From Negaprion brevirostris (lineage: Eukaryota): a DNA stretch of 64,000 nucleotides. Location: NCBI GenBank assembly GCA_030324005.1, contig JARDVH010000167.1:12350824-12414823 (forward strand), written 5' to 3'. The notes under the pieces were generated by a model that was not told the DNA's origin, ran no database searches, and saw only the letters and a list, made by a program, of their open reading frames with translations. Every line of letters starts with the position of its first letter. Within the stretch, counting starts at the first letter, position 1. Shown here piece by piece: positions 52,016 through 64,000 of this stretch. A program made the position numbers and the translations under genes.

Positions 52016-52409
52016 GTGAGCACTACATTGAGAGCAGCTTTTAAAAGCGGCATTGTAGGGCTCAGAGACATACTAAGGCATTTGTTCTTAGGGTTCTTAA
52101 CTGGGTAAAAACAGTGCATGACCATCAAAGGTTCAAACTGAAGTGGCCTCATTCAGGTTTGATTTTTCATTTCACATGATCATGCCAGGCTGTAAAGAGA
52201 TTGGAAGCAAATCTTTCTCCTCTTCGCAGCTGCTGTCAGAGCCGAACATGGCTGTCATATTTTAAGGTCAGGAAATCATGTTCAAGTATAAATAAATAGC
52301 GAGATACTGTAGCAGAAAATGCTGGAATGACTCAGCAAGTCAGGCAGCATCTGTGGTGAGAGAAATTTCTGGTACAGACACTTCAACAGAAGTGGAAGAT
52401 ACTTTCGTC

Positions 52410-52625
52410 CTTTGCATATTCTCCTTGTGTCTGTATGGGTTTCCTCCAGGTGCTCTGGTTTCCTCCCACGGACCAAAGATGTGTGGGTTCGGTTGATTGG
52501 CCATGCTAAATTGCTGCTTAGTTCAGGGGGACTAGTAGGGTAAATAAGTGGAGTTATGTAGATACAGCCTGGGTGGGATTGTGGTCGAATGGCCTCCTTC
52601 AGCACTTTAGGGATTCTATGATTCA
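52410..52625 (+). mobile_element. HE1-like SINE, 5'-truncated
   Basis: Core and tail match 2941-3271. Confidence 0.8.
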
Positions 52626-55607
52626 TGGGAAGTGGGCATCACTGACAATGCCCTCTTTGATGGCACTCTGAGACTAATTTTCAATTCCAGATTTTTAATG
52701 TTTAATTAAATTCCAAATAATTCAACTAGCTGCCATGGTGAACCAAGGTCTGAAGATCATTTGATTGCACTTTGGAATACTAGTGGTGATATTAGCCCTG
52801 TGCTACCAGTTCCCAGTAATGACCTACTGAACCTATTTTTTCTTATTTCCTCAGGAGATAAGCAAAAGACTTGAGATTGACATAAGAAAATAGAGAGCAT
52901 AATTTTAGCTGAAGGGTGAAAGGGTAATAGAGAAAGTGTATGAAGAATGGCAAAACTGAGCAGGTTCCATAATTCATGGTGCCTGATCGGTTGTCACCAA
53001 TGTTGCATAGTAACTCACCAGTGCAGTGATCTAATGAGGAGAACATGGCAATTACCTGCACGACCGCCCCCCCACACCAATCCCCCTTTCCACTTAACCT
53101 CCCGTGATGGGAAGAAAAGTCATCATGTCTGTTTTTATTACTTCACAGGATATGGGCATCACTTGCTAGGCCAGCATGTCACTCTTGGCCTAACTGATCG
53201 AGAGAAGGTGGTAGTGAGATGCCTTCTTGAACCACTACAGTTTATCTGGTATAAGTATACCAACAGTTCTATTGAGAGTTCTTACTTTGTAGCCTTCTGC
53301 GAGAGGGAAAATGGGAGCTTCAAGTAAGGTGTGGCGTTATTAAAGACAAATGGGTTAAGAGGGTTATAAAAAGATGTTCTTCCTTGGACTTGCATTGAAT
53401 TTTTTTTGAACAGTGTAAAAAGCCGAAGATTGAGGTTAGAAGGGAAGTCGAATGAAAACTGAGCTGGTTGGCAGGAGAGAGTTTCAGGATAGGATCACAC
53501 TTGAAGACAGAATAGAGGTGTTCAGCACAAAGGTGCACCTTTGTGATGCAGAAAAGTGTGGACCAAGAGCAACAGTGATTGTGTGCTTAATTGTCTGATT
53601 GAGGAGCAGTTTGGAACTCAAGAAAGTCGTGTGGGAGGAGATCACTGGACATTTCTGACCCTACGCTGTAAGCTGCCGGGGGAAGAGAGCAGATGGTACA
53701 GGCGACAGAATCTTAAACTGTGAATTTGGAAAGTAAGAGAGTGGAGGGGAGCTATGTCTTTGGATAGTGGTAATGGAAATAGCAGTAGATGATCTATCAA
53801 ATGAGAAGGCTGAAGGTCAGGTCACAGCTCTGGAGAGGTGGGGGGGGGAGGGGGGGCGCAGGAATAATAAGAACATAAGAAATAGGAGCAGGAGTAGGCC
53901 ATCTAGCCCTTCGAGCCTGCCCCGCCATTCAATAAGATCNNNNNNNNNNNNNNNNNNNNNNNNNNNNNNNNNNNNNNNNNNNNNNNNNNNNNNNNNNNNN
54001 NNNNNNNNNNNNNNNNNNNNNNNNNNNNNNNNNNNNNNNATAAGAACATAAGAAATAGGAGCAGGAGTAGGCCATCTAGCCCTTCGAGCCTGCCCCGCCA
54101 TTCAATAAGATCATGATAAGCTAAGTTTTGGAAACATGGTGGTTTAAAAAGTACTTACTGGAAGCTGTGGTGTGGTAAGTGACATCATCAGATCAGTTGA
54201 AAGCAGGATTGGTGGAAGGTAAGGTATTGGAGGAAAGCCAAGTAAATGGAGTTGAAGTTACAAGATAAGAGAAACTTGCAGCACATGAGGTCATTCAGTC
54301 TTTTGTGCCCATGCTAGCTCTTTGAAAAAGTAATTGTGCTTTGTCCCACATCCAACTTGTTATCCGTGAGGTGAAAATCCATGGAATACTGAAATGATAA
54401 AACAGGCATGAGGGACAGATTCCTGTATTTCTTTGTAGTCAGCTTATATGTGCTTCTGTACCATGATTTCATTGGCTTTGCTCATCCCCATTGATGTGCC
54501 TTGCTGAAATGAGTAGGTGTGGATTATGTTTTCTCCAGCTAAATAAACTTTTGAAATTATCTAAACTGAGGAATTAGGGGCAGAAGTAGGCCATTCAGCC
54601 CTTTGAGCCTTCTCTGCCATTCAGTAAGATCATGATTCATCTGATTGTGGCCTCAACACAATGTTCTTGATTGTCTCCAAAGACTTTGCAGTTTATTAAA
54701 GGTTGGAAATAATTTTGATTGAAAAATGAATGAATATGTAACCATAATCCATTATCAATATAGGGTAACTCAGTTAATATCCAAAACCACCAGAGAAAAG
54801 ATGTAATCATGCATTATAGTTACCATCAGAATGCAGAGATAAATGATCTCATCAATCCATTGTTTCATATCTACCCACTTAAATGTGACGTTTAGAATTC
54901 ATATATTGTCCACATAACCTTTTCATTGGTGCCTAATAACAGTTGCATTAGACTGACATCATTGTTTAAGGTTGAGTGAGAATGCAACTAGCTTTCACTG
55001 TGCTCCTGTGGTTCTCATGCATTCTGATGAGCCTTTGCCTGTCTGACGACTTGGTAGGTTTGAAAGTCAAGCCAACGTGGGTCAGGAGAGCATTTGATTG
55101 TACACCCTTTGCTGTTGAGGGAGAAGNNNNNNNNNNCAGTTGTGAGCGCCAACTCAAATTGGTTTGGGAAGCAACCAAGTTTGATATGAGAACAGATTTC
55201 AATGGACGGTGTTAGAAATTTCAGCTTCAGCAGCATGTATGTTAATTAAAGTCCCAGATGGAAATGGTTAAAGCAAGTAGTTCTTGTTGCTGTTAATTTA
55301 GTTCTTAAATAAAAGTGGTGTTGATGGTAAGTTGTGACACCACAGGAAATCTGCAATGAGTGTGCTGTCAAGTGTATTAAAAATACCACCTCATTCATCA
55401 TTAAGATCACGCTGGTTTGGTTGAAACTTCAGCATGCGCATGCTAAGTTTGAGAAAATTCTTATGCCAGTGATGTTTGCACCTACTGAAAAGTGCATCAT
55501 CTGTAGATTCGAAAAAGATGAGGCTGGATCTGTGGTTATAAGTGGTGGCTTAATTTCAGTGTATACTATATATCACTTTGCTGTCATACTCCTGTTCCTA
55601 CGGCAGC

Positions 55608-55720
55608 AAGAAGTCTCACGACACTGGGTTAAAGTCCAACAGGTTTATTTCGTAGTAAGCACCACTAGCTTTCAGAACGCTGTTCCTTCGTCAGGTGAGT
55701 GGAGAGTTCTGATCACAAAC
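55608..55720 (-). mobile_element. Short Penelope-like element terminus
   Basis: Near reverse complement of 34730-34821, including the hammerhead. Confidence 0.7.
55662..55700 (-). ncRNA. Second minimal hammerhead ribozyme motif of the same family, antisense to CAMK2B
   Basis: Reverse complement reads UCAC-CUGACGA-A-GGAAC-agc-GUUCU-GAAA-GC-UA-GUGG. Confidence 0.72.
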
Positions 55721-58700
55721 TTGGGCAGCCTGCAGACTTGGACTGCGTTTGTGAAGCTGACCAGCTTTGGGCAGTTTCACTCTTGAGGGTTTCAGGTATG
55801 CTGATCTTGCATTTAGCCTACTCATCGGTGCTGAATGCAAACAGACACTCGTGAATCTGGTGTCAGAATATTCAGTGAGTCACAATGGTATTTATGCATC
55901 ATGATCTGGTTGGTACTTGGACTTTGAACCAGTTTAACACTGCAATACTTCCAAGACTGAAGAACGCTGAACAAGAAGAAATTCTCTCACTTTTCTGACA
56001 CGAGTGTAAATGATGTTGAGCTGGACTTGATGGTTGCTGCCCTTTTCAGCTGTGTTCCAACTTGAGCAGTGTTGAATTCCCCAGTTATCTCCTCCCTTTG
56101 CGCTTTGCTCCAGCCAAGGATGGCTGTGTTTTTATTTGTTTCATTACCTGAAATCAGCCTTGGGTGCAAACAGTTCTTGTCTACTAATTAATCCCTTTGC
56201 CTAATGTCAAGGACATTGCTCTTTGTACATTCAAATGTCAGACTAAAGAAAACAAAGCACTCTGAAGAGTTCAAATACCTTTTCCTCCACAAGGACAAAA
56301 AAACACACATTCAGCTTAAGACAGATGTGTTGACAATGGTATCAGCTGGATGCCTGAAGATTGGTTTCAGTGGACGAAAACTCAGTCTCAGAGATTGAAC
56401 TGATTTTTTTGCTTTAAATTCATTAAATGTTTGTGACACAAAGTATAACTTCATCGCAGTTCCTCTCACACTGTTGATGTTAATTGCAGTCACATCAGAG
56501 ACTCTGCAAATAGATTGTTGCAAAATTTACTGCAGGCATTGTATGGAATGGTTTGAATAGGATTGCCTTCAAGCTCTGAGCCATTTTAAATTCAGCATCA
56601 ATCTGTGATTTTTGTAATAAATTGACTGAACATCTTCTTGCAAGAGAGCTAAAGCTGGGTATATCCAGGGAGGATACTGCTGGGAGTGTGGTTTTAAGTA
56701 ATTTGTATCCCTCCTCAGTGCATTACAATTTTACTCATGACCTTTGAAAGGTCATTCTTCTGATACTTAGGAACATGTGAATCCTTTGTCTCATAAAGTG
56801 ATCAAGGTGATATGATGGTGGGTGGGGGATAAACCTACTGGCAGTTATGAACAAAATGTTAACCTTTATTGACCTTGAATTATGTCTACTTAGCCGATTG
56901 TTGATTTTTCTTCAATGGATGGTCAAGTACAGGAATTGGAGGGTGGTAATTTCAGTGAAATCTTGGGGTTAATTCAGTGATCTAGTTTTCATAATGAACA
57001 CTAATTCTATATCCTTTCAACTGACAGCGCATAGTTTAGCATCGTCTCAATCAAGGAAATTCAAATTTAAAACATCCTGCCTTTTCAGAAGAACTCACAA
57101 AGTGGTCTTGGGTTTCAAAAGAATAGATCTCCATGGATTTATGGAAAAGAATTGTAATGTCATATTTCTTGTGTACTGTCTCTTCATTGACTTTGTGAAT
57201 TGACAAGTTTTGATGTACTTATATCTTAAAGTTCTTTGCAACATCCCTGTCGGCTCATCTGGTGAGAGCAGAATGTGATTGAGTTGTGAAGATTGTCTGG
57301 TTGAATCTNNNNNNNNNNNNNNNNNNNNNNNNNNNNNNNNNNNNNNNNNNNNNNNNNNNNNNNNNNNNNNNNNNNNNNNNNNNNNNNNNNNNNNNNNNNN
57401 NNNNNNNNNNNNNNNNNNNNNNNNNNNNNNNNNNNNNNNNNNNNNNNNNNNNNNNNNNNNNNNNNNNNNNNNNNNNNNNNNNNNNNNNNNNNNNNNNNNN
57501 NNNNNNNNNNNNNNNNNNNNNNNNNNNNNNNNNNNNNNNNNNNNNNNNNNNNNNNNNNNNNNNNNNNNNNNNNNNNNNNNNNNNNNNNNNNNNNNNNNNN
57601 NNNNNNNNNNNNNNNNNNNNNNGTTCAGAATGTTCTTGTGCAACTTTAAAAACTCTGGACACACAAATGGTAGAAACCTTCTCTTCCAACTCACTGGTAT
57701 ATATGTTGCATTTTTCCTATAATGTACTTGCAGTAATATTGCTGCTACGGACATCAGTTCTGCAAGTCATACATGCAGTTCAAATTTTCTTCTACTGTTG
57801 GCACTTTCAATCAGGAAATCATCAACAAAACGAACACGAGAAGTCTTTGTGAATGATGCTTTGTCATTTACAGATTGCTTCTATCATGTCTATATCCAAA
57901 GCTATGAAAGTTTAAATTTACATCAGGACTTTATTGACACCCTTTACAATTTCTGTGGTGAAGAGGAACCACATCAATTTGGTTTCCTGTTGTCACCAGT
58001 CCAGGTGCGTGCCAGTGAAACTTCATGGCACACTGAACACTGTATAGTACTTTTTAAAAAAACCCAAAATACCAGAAATGCATCACAGGTCTGAGAGAGA
58101 GGTTAAGATTTCAAGTTTGATGAACAGACCTAACCATGCTCTAGTTCAGGTATGAATAGATTTCATGAGCGCTTGAATTCTGATTTCATGTTTGCATTAA
58201 TAACCTGAATAGTGGAGCCAAAATTGCAAGTTGACCAGGTGTGATGGTGGTATGAAAATGTGAGCAATGTGATGGTGAATATCGTGAAATATTCTTTAAG
58301 AAGTTCACACTGGATAGTCCATGTTGACGCATGTCAAATATTGCACATTACTCAAGGAAAGTATGCCATACAAGTATCCAACACATAGAATTGAACTATC
58401 ACAGTGAGAATTAAGGAAAGACCAGAGAGTGAACTCATCACTATCCTTGTCGAAACGTATTTTCAGTGAATCAAACTGCTGGATATTAAGTCTGTTCGAT
58501 CATGTGCATCTTCAGATACAACAGAGGGAATCTATTCATTTCAGCATTTTACACAAAAATCTTGGTACATGCAGCAAGAGGGAAGAAGAAGAAGGTTGAT
58601 CAAAAGTGCAATATGGGGTGAGCATTTAGTGGAAATTAGGTAAGTTCAAGATCTACTTAGTCTAGAACTAAGAAGGTAGGAGTTGGGAAGGAATCTTTTG

Positions 58701-60049
58701 AGGGATGTAAATGGTTGCGTTCCAGATAAGATTAGCCTTTATGTTATTGGAAAGTAAGACCAATAAATTTGATCAATAATTACTTTATTAATATTTGTTT
58801 TAAAATAGTACTAAATGTTTGGAATGTTTTGGGCCTCCTTCCAAATTTAGATCCCACTAAATATTAAATGGAGGACAGCTTCAGTAAAAATAAATAGCAC
58901 CCATGAGTGTGTTCAAAGCTTGCAGAAACACAATTTCTAGAATCTAATAAGGAGCCAGTAAAGTGTCAGTTCCTGTTGAAGTATTTAAATATTAAATAGT
59001 GTGCTAAAACCCCAGGTTATTTTGTTTATTTTCAGATGTAATTCTCATTTGTGTAATTTGTCATTTAAATACTTGGATATTTGCAACTTCAGATTTATAT
59101 TTTCCATACCATTTAAGAGCTTTATCTTTTCATTGAGATCTCCTCCTTGATCATCTTTATTCGATAGAGAGGTCTGTACAGAGTATAAGTAGAATTTTCT
59201 AGTCTGCTAATGTTCAGTGATATCTAAAAGTGGAAGATGGCTGAATAGAGACATCAGACTGCCTCATTGTTTCAGAATGTTATGTTTAATTGGGATAAAA
59301 GCAACTAGATGCTTTTGGGCAATGATGTCTCATTTAGCAAGCTATGATAAATCTTTGTCACTTCATGAGAATTTCAGAGCGATTCGGGTACATTCAGCGA
59401 AACCAACCTTTGTATGAAAGCCGAATCTTTTCGCTCATTGCTGTCAAATGACCAATTGGACAGAAACTACACAATATTGTTCTTCTTTGAACAAGTTTTG
59501 CATCTAGTGCTATCTCATTAAAGTCTCCCAGCAGTGATTCTGTTTTTATCTTTTTTGTGACTATACACTTGACAACAATGTAGGTTTTGAGTCATCCCAC
59601 TAATGCTCGCATTCTTTAGTCTAGATTTCAGCATGTTGTGACAAGTTGACAGTTGCCGTGATTTTGGAGGTGATTTGATGTAGGTGTATTGTGAAAACTG
59701 ACATTCAAGGCTGATGCTAGATGCTATTAAAATTGCTCAGTAGGTAGTGAGCAGGGTATTAACTTGTTTGGCACACTGAAGGTCCTTAGTGTCTTCAGTG
59801 ATATCTACATTATTAATCAAGGTAATAAAAAAAAAACACCGATAATCAATGTTTCCCCTCCCTTGTCCACCTTTTAGTCTTTCTACAAACTGAATTAGCA
59901 CCTAAGAAAAATGCCAGTCTTTTGTGAGTGTACTGATTTATTTCTACCTCAAGTCTGCCATCTCAGCTATGCAAAGATTCATTCATAGTGAGTGAGTTTT
60001 AGCTGTCTGTCTCATGCATAAATTTACTCAAGTTTATTGAGTCTCAGTA

Positions 60050-61258
60050 TTAAATTGGTGGTTGGGCAAGTAACTTTTGTGAAGTTGTCTACGTGGACTT
60101 TAGCAATGCCTTTAACAACATAAGAACATAAGGAATAGGAGCAGGAGTAGGCCATCTAGCCCCTCGAGCCTGCCCCGCAATTCAGTAAGATCATGGCTGA
60201 TCTGTTGTATCTCCCCATAACCCTTAATCCCCTCGCCTATCAAAAACCTATCAACCCGGGTCTTAAAAATATTTAATGAGGCAGCCTCCACCACTTCAAC
60301 AGGCAGAGAATTCCAGAGATTCACCACNNNNNNNNNNNNNNNNNNNNNNNNNNNNNNNNNNNNNNNNNNNNNNNNNNNNNNNNNNNNNNNNNNNNNNNNN
60401 NNNNNNNNNNNNNNNNNNNNNNNNNNNNNNNNNNNNNNNNNNNNNNNNNNNNNNNNNNNNNNNNNNNNNNNNNNNNNNNNNNNNNNNNNNNNNNNNNNNN
60501 NNNNNNNNNNNNNNNNNNNNNNNNNNNNNNNNNNNNNNNNNNNNNNNNNNNNNNNNNNNNNNNNNNNNNNNNNNNNNNNNNNNNNNNNNNNNNNNNNNNN
60601 NNNNNNNNNNNNNNNNNNNNNNNNNNNNNNNNNGAAGAAGGCATTCGGCATGCTTGGTTTCATCAGTCAACGTTGAATACAAGAGTTGGAATGTCTTGTT
60701 GAAGTTGTATGAGACATTGGTATGGCCATACTTGAAATACTGTGTGCAATTCTGGTCACCCTATTCTAGGATATTATTAAACTAGAAAGAGTGCAGAAAA
60801 GATTTACTTGGGTGCTACCAGGACTTGATGGATTGAGTTATAAGGAGAGGCTGGATAGACTGGGACTTTTTTCTCTGCAGTGTCGGAGGCTGAGGGGTGA
60901 TCTTATAAAGGTCCATAAAATAATGAGGGGCGTAGATCAGCTGGATAGTCAACATATTTTCCCAAAGGTAGGGGAGTCTAAAACTAGAGGGCACAGGTTT
61001 AATGTGAGAGAGGAGAGATACAAAAGTGTTCAGAGGGGCAATGTTTTCACACACAGGGTGGTGAGTGTCTGGAACAAGCTGTCGGAGATAATAGTGGAGG
61101 TGGGTACAAATTTGTCTTTTAAAAAGCAGTTAGATACTTACATGGGTACGACGGGTATTGAGGGATATGGGCCAAATATGGGCAATTGGAATTAGCTTAG
61201 GGCAGCATGGACAAGTTGGGCCAAAGGGAATGTTTCCATGCTGTAAACCTCTGACTCT
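60050..61258 (+). mobile_element. CR1 LINE RT/3' fragment with nested minus-strand CR1 3' end (about 60115-60327)
   Basis: VVYVDFSNAF at about 60083-60112; ORF 60791-61195 QKRFTWVLPGLDGLSYKERLDRLGLFSL; nested copy matches 53865-53939. Confidence 0.85.
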
Positions 61259-62457
61259 CAGTGAAATGTACCAACTGTTAGCCAAGTTCTGGAATTTAAA
61301 AAATTAAGTCAGAGAGATATGTGACCTTTCTGGGCTCATCCCAGGCAAAAACAAACTGCTTGCTGGAATTTTGCCTCTTACCACACCAAGTGAGATGTGT
61401 GATGGTGCAATAATTCTGAGCAAATGTAAAACTGTTCAAGACTCTACAATGACCTATGGCTAGAACTGGGTCCAGTGGCGAATTACCAGAAATCACCGAG
61501 TCCGCACATTTTTAATGTTTGATATGTGGCTGACTGGANNNNNNNNNNNNNNNNNNNNNNNNNNNNNNNNNNNNNNNNNNNNNNNNNNNNNNNNNCTATA
61601 TTGCTGGGGATTATGACCTGAAACTTGTCCTAATTTTGTCATGTGAAGCCATCAGTTCACAGGCTTGATAAATGTAAATGCTTGCTATGGTCAGAATGTG
61701 TTTATATATAAAGTCTAAATTTTGACTTTTGCAGAGTAACTGATATAGTTTGTCATGGTGTGTGCCTTTTTATTTCATCCTTTGCCATTTCATCTCAGCA
61801 GAGAATTCCATTTTGTTCATTGCAAAAGTACTCTTTGAGAATGTCAAACGGCCAGTAATGAATTTTGACTGAATCTGTCCTGTGCCATTTGTCTAAATTG
61901 TTCTTCTTTACTTGCCTGAGGTCATGACCAGGTTGGAGATTGTTTGTGTTTGCTCAGTGGTAGATCACCATTTTCTGTGACAACAGGCAGACTGTTTCCT
62001 TCTAACTTTTCTTCCCAGTTCCCTTGCCCAAAGCAAAAACAAATGTTGTTTCTGCGTTTCTAAGCTGGTCTGTCCAGTGGGTCAGCAGAAAATGAGAAAA
62101 ATGGAGGCATGTAGCACTTACAAAATTCAGTGTGAGACTCTCATCCTGGGGAGCAGGAGAGACCATAGACATGGGACCTGTAATGTAAAATAGTGAAATT
62201 TTTCAACTGTGAATTGAGAAATTTCTTCCTTTAATGGGATATTCAATAATTCTGCCTTCTATGTGCACATTTCCACTTCAGATCTTTTGAACAAAAATGT
62301 TTGAATAAGCCAAACTAGACTTTGAGCCTTGTGGAAAGATTATGTCCCGTCATTATTTTTGCCCTCTCACCTTGTGGTGTTTTTCATCATTCATTCTGTT
62401 TACTGTGTAACATGCTCTGTGTGTTTGTTTCCATCGTCCTTTGCATGCTGCCTCCAG

Positions 62458-62553
62458 CCAAGGGCGCTGAGAGCAGTGCTGTAAGGAACCAGTCAGGTGC
62501 TGGGCCTCAGGCCGAGGTGCTCCAGTCTGCTCACCCTCCGCCTCCTGTACTCT
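62458..62553 (+). CDS. CAMK2B: Probable CAMK2B Pro-rich (betaM-type) cassette exon, 96 nt: AKGAESSAVRNQSGAGPQAEVLQSAHPPPPVL
   Basis: gctgcctccag acceptor, T|gtaagt donor, phase 1-1, stop-free and GC-rich in AT-rich surroundings; SAVRNQSGAGPQAE aligns with mammalian betaM repeat SSVRRGSGAPEAE. Confidence 0.75.
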
Positions 62554-64000
62554 GTAAGTTGTCTGGGCATGCTGTGTTCTGCATATCACGTGACTGCCTG
62601 TGTGTGTTAACCAAGTTGCAGAAAGTGGCCATTCATAAAAAGAAAACCTAAAATATCTCTCAATATGTAGTTAATTTTCTGTTTTTCTGTTAGTCTCCTC
62701 AACTGATATTTTTAAAAAATGAAACAACGTTATGAGGTCAAGCCACTAATTTGTCCCAAAAATCTGATTTTTTTAATTGTTTATCCTATTTTTTATCATA
62801 TCACTGAAACCTGAATTATTCTTACAATTAAAAGTGACTGAATTTTCCATATAAAAATTAGGTAAATTTGTTAATTAGACATGACAGAAATACAAAAACC
62901 TATCTATTTGATAGAAAAAAACCAAACTATTTAAGACAACAGTGGAAAAGGAAACTAGCTTCTGCAGATTTAATTGCCCAGAGATGATCAGATCGATCGA
63001 GCATCATACAGTTAGGGAGTTAGTCAGGAACATAGTTAGTACTTTGGAAGAAGTTAACATCTGTTGTGTTCACACAATGGCATGAAGTAATCTTAATGTT
63101 TTGAACTTTCTCACAAAAGAACTTAACCTGATGTCCAACACACCAGTTAAGTAAATTACAAATGATGCTAAAGCAATGCCTGTAAATCTAACGATTCACT
63201 GCATTTTTGCAATTTCAGCTACATCTGAGAAACTTTAAGCCCCACATGTAAAAACATATTAATAACATGACACATAAGATGGCAAAATTGAGGTGACATG
63301 ACAAAAAAGGTCAAAGACACAGAAACCAAAATCATTTTTGAGTGGTCGCACCTCTTAGTCCTTAGAAATTGAGAGATCAACTAAGTAGAAGAAAGGAGAG
63401 AAAAACTTACACTGCCCAGTTTCCATTCTAATGCATCAAACTTATGCACAACATCACCCAATTTTAAAATCCGTTAGTTGTGGAATTAACTATTTTGAAA
63501 CTGAAGTAATTTATCTCTTGTGTTTTGAATTACATTAATTCAGCAACAAAATGTGGATTTTTTTAAAGTTTTACAGATCTAATGATGATGTAGCTGCGGC
63601 TGTTGTCCCGAAAGTAAAACTGACCTCACTGAAACTGCAAAAGAGCTTTATATGCAAGTCTTTAGATAAACTGCAGTGGAAAGTGAATATTCAAAATATT
63701 GAAAGCTGCATTTGTCAACCTTGTAGTTACTTGTCAGTATTTTGTTTAGATGGAGTCTAAAATTAATCAGATAGTTGAATATTGCGGCAGGATTTATTAT
63801 GAATGGCCGAAGCTAAAAACTGCATGCTGTTCAGCTTCAGCAGCTTGGCTTGAACCATTAAGACTGTTTTACATGGTTTACTGTAATCATCCCAAAGTAC
63901 AGAATCTCATATTTGAAGCTGCATGATTTGTGATTTTGATGTTGTTGACTGGATGGGAAAGAAGAGGAGGGGCACTTTGTGCTTGGATTGAACACCATAC

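Noticed and set aside
52230-52266. Acceptor ctcttcgcag with donor AG|gtcagg
   Set aside because: 37 nt, frameshifting, weak donor and no recognisable homology.
53865-54115. Direct repeats flanking 100-N gaps (also near 14030/14143, 18610/18750, 23495/23647)
   Set aside because: Near-identical sequence on both sides of fixed-size gaps is typical of unmerged contig overlaps.
62019-62095. CTAAC plus cttcccag acceptor upstream of the Pro-rich exon
   Set aside because: Branch motif too close to the AG, no phase-compatible donor, and the frame stops after about 25 codons.

Overview
This window is eukaryotic, gapped draft-assembly DNA. The HE1-type tRNA-derived SINEs, SacSINE1/DeuSINE-like elements and CR1, L2-like and Penelope-like retroelements point to a cartilaginous fish (shark-like). 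The whole window lies inside one + strand gene, Ca2+/calmodulin-dependent protein kinase II beta (CAMK2B). Eleven exons can be read with canonical AG/GT sites and consistent phases. They cover the kinase C-lobe, the regulatory segment (Met281/282-, Thr287- and Thr306/307-equivalents) and the variable linker: F-actin-binding exon, NAGNAG exon, a 33-nt KRKS NLS exon, PQTNS, EPQTT and ESSDS exons, and a divergent 96-nt Pro-rich exon. The upstream kinase exons and the hub-domain exons lie outside the window. The most notable items are a near-intact minimal hammerhead ribozyme from a Penelope-like element in sense orientation in an intron, the NLS exon in a beta gene, several unannotated splice-competent modules in the linker introns (a 36-nt in-frame candidate exon, an AG|GTAAG recursive-type site, candidate poison exons), and a rearranged CR1 insertion. 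I see no evidence for a wholly new multi-gene system; nearly all ORF-track entries are spurious or transposon debris.
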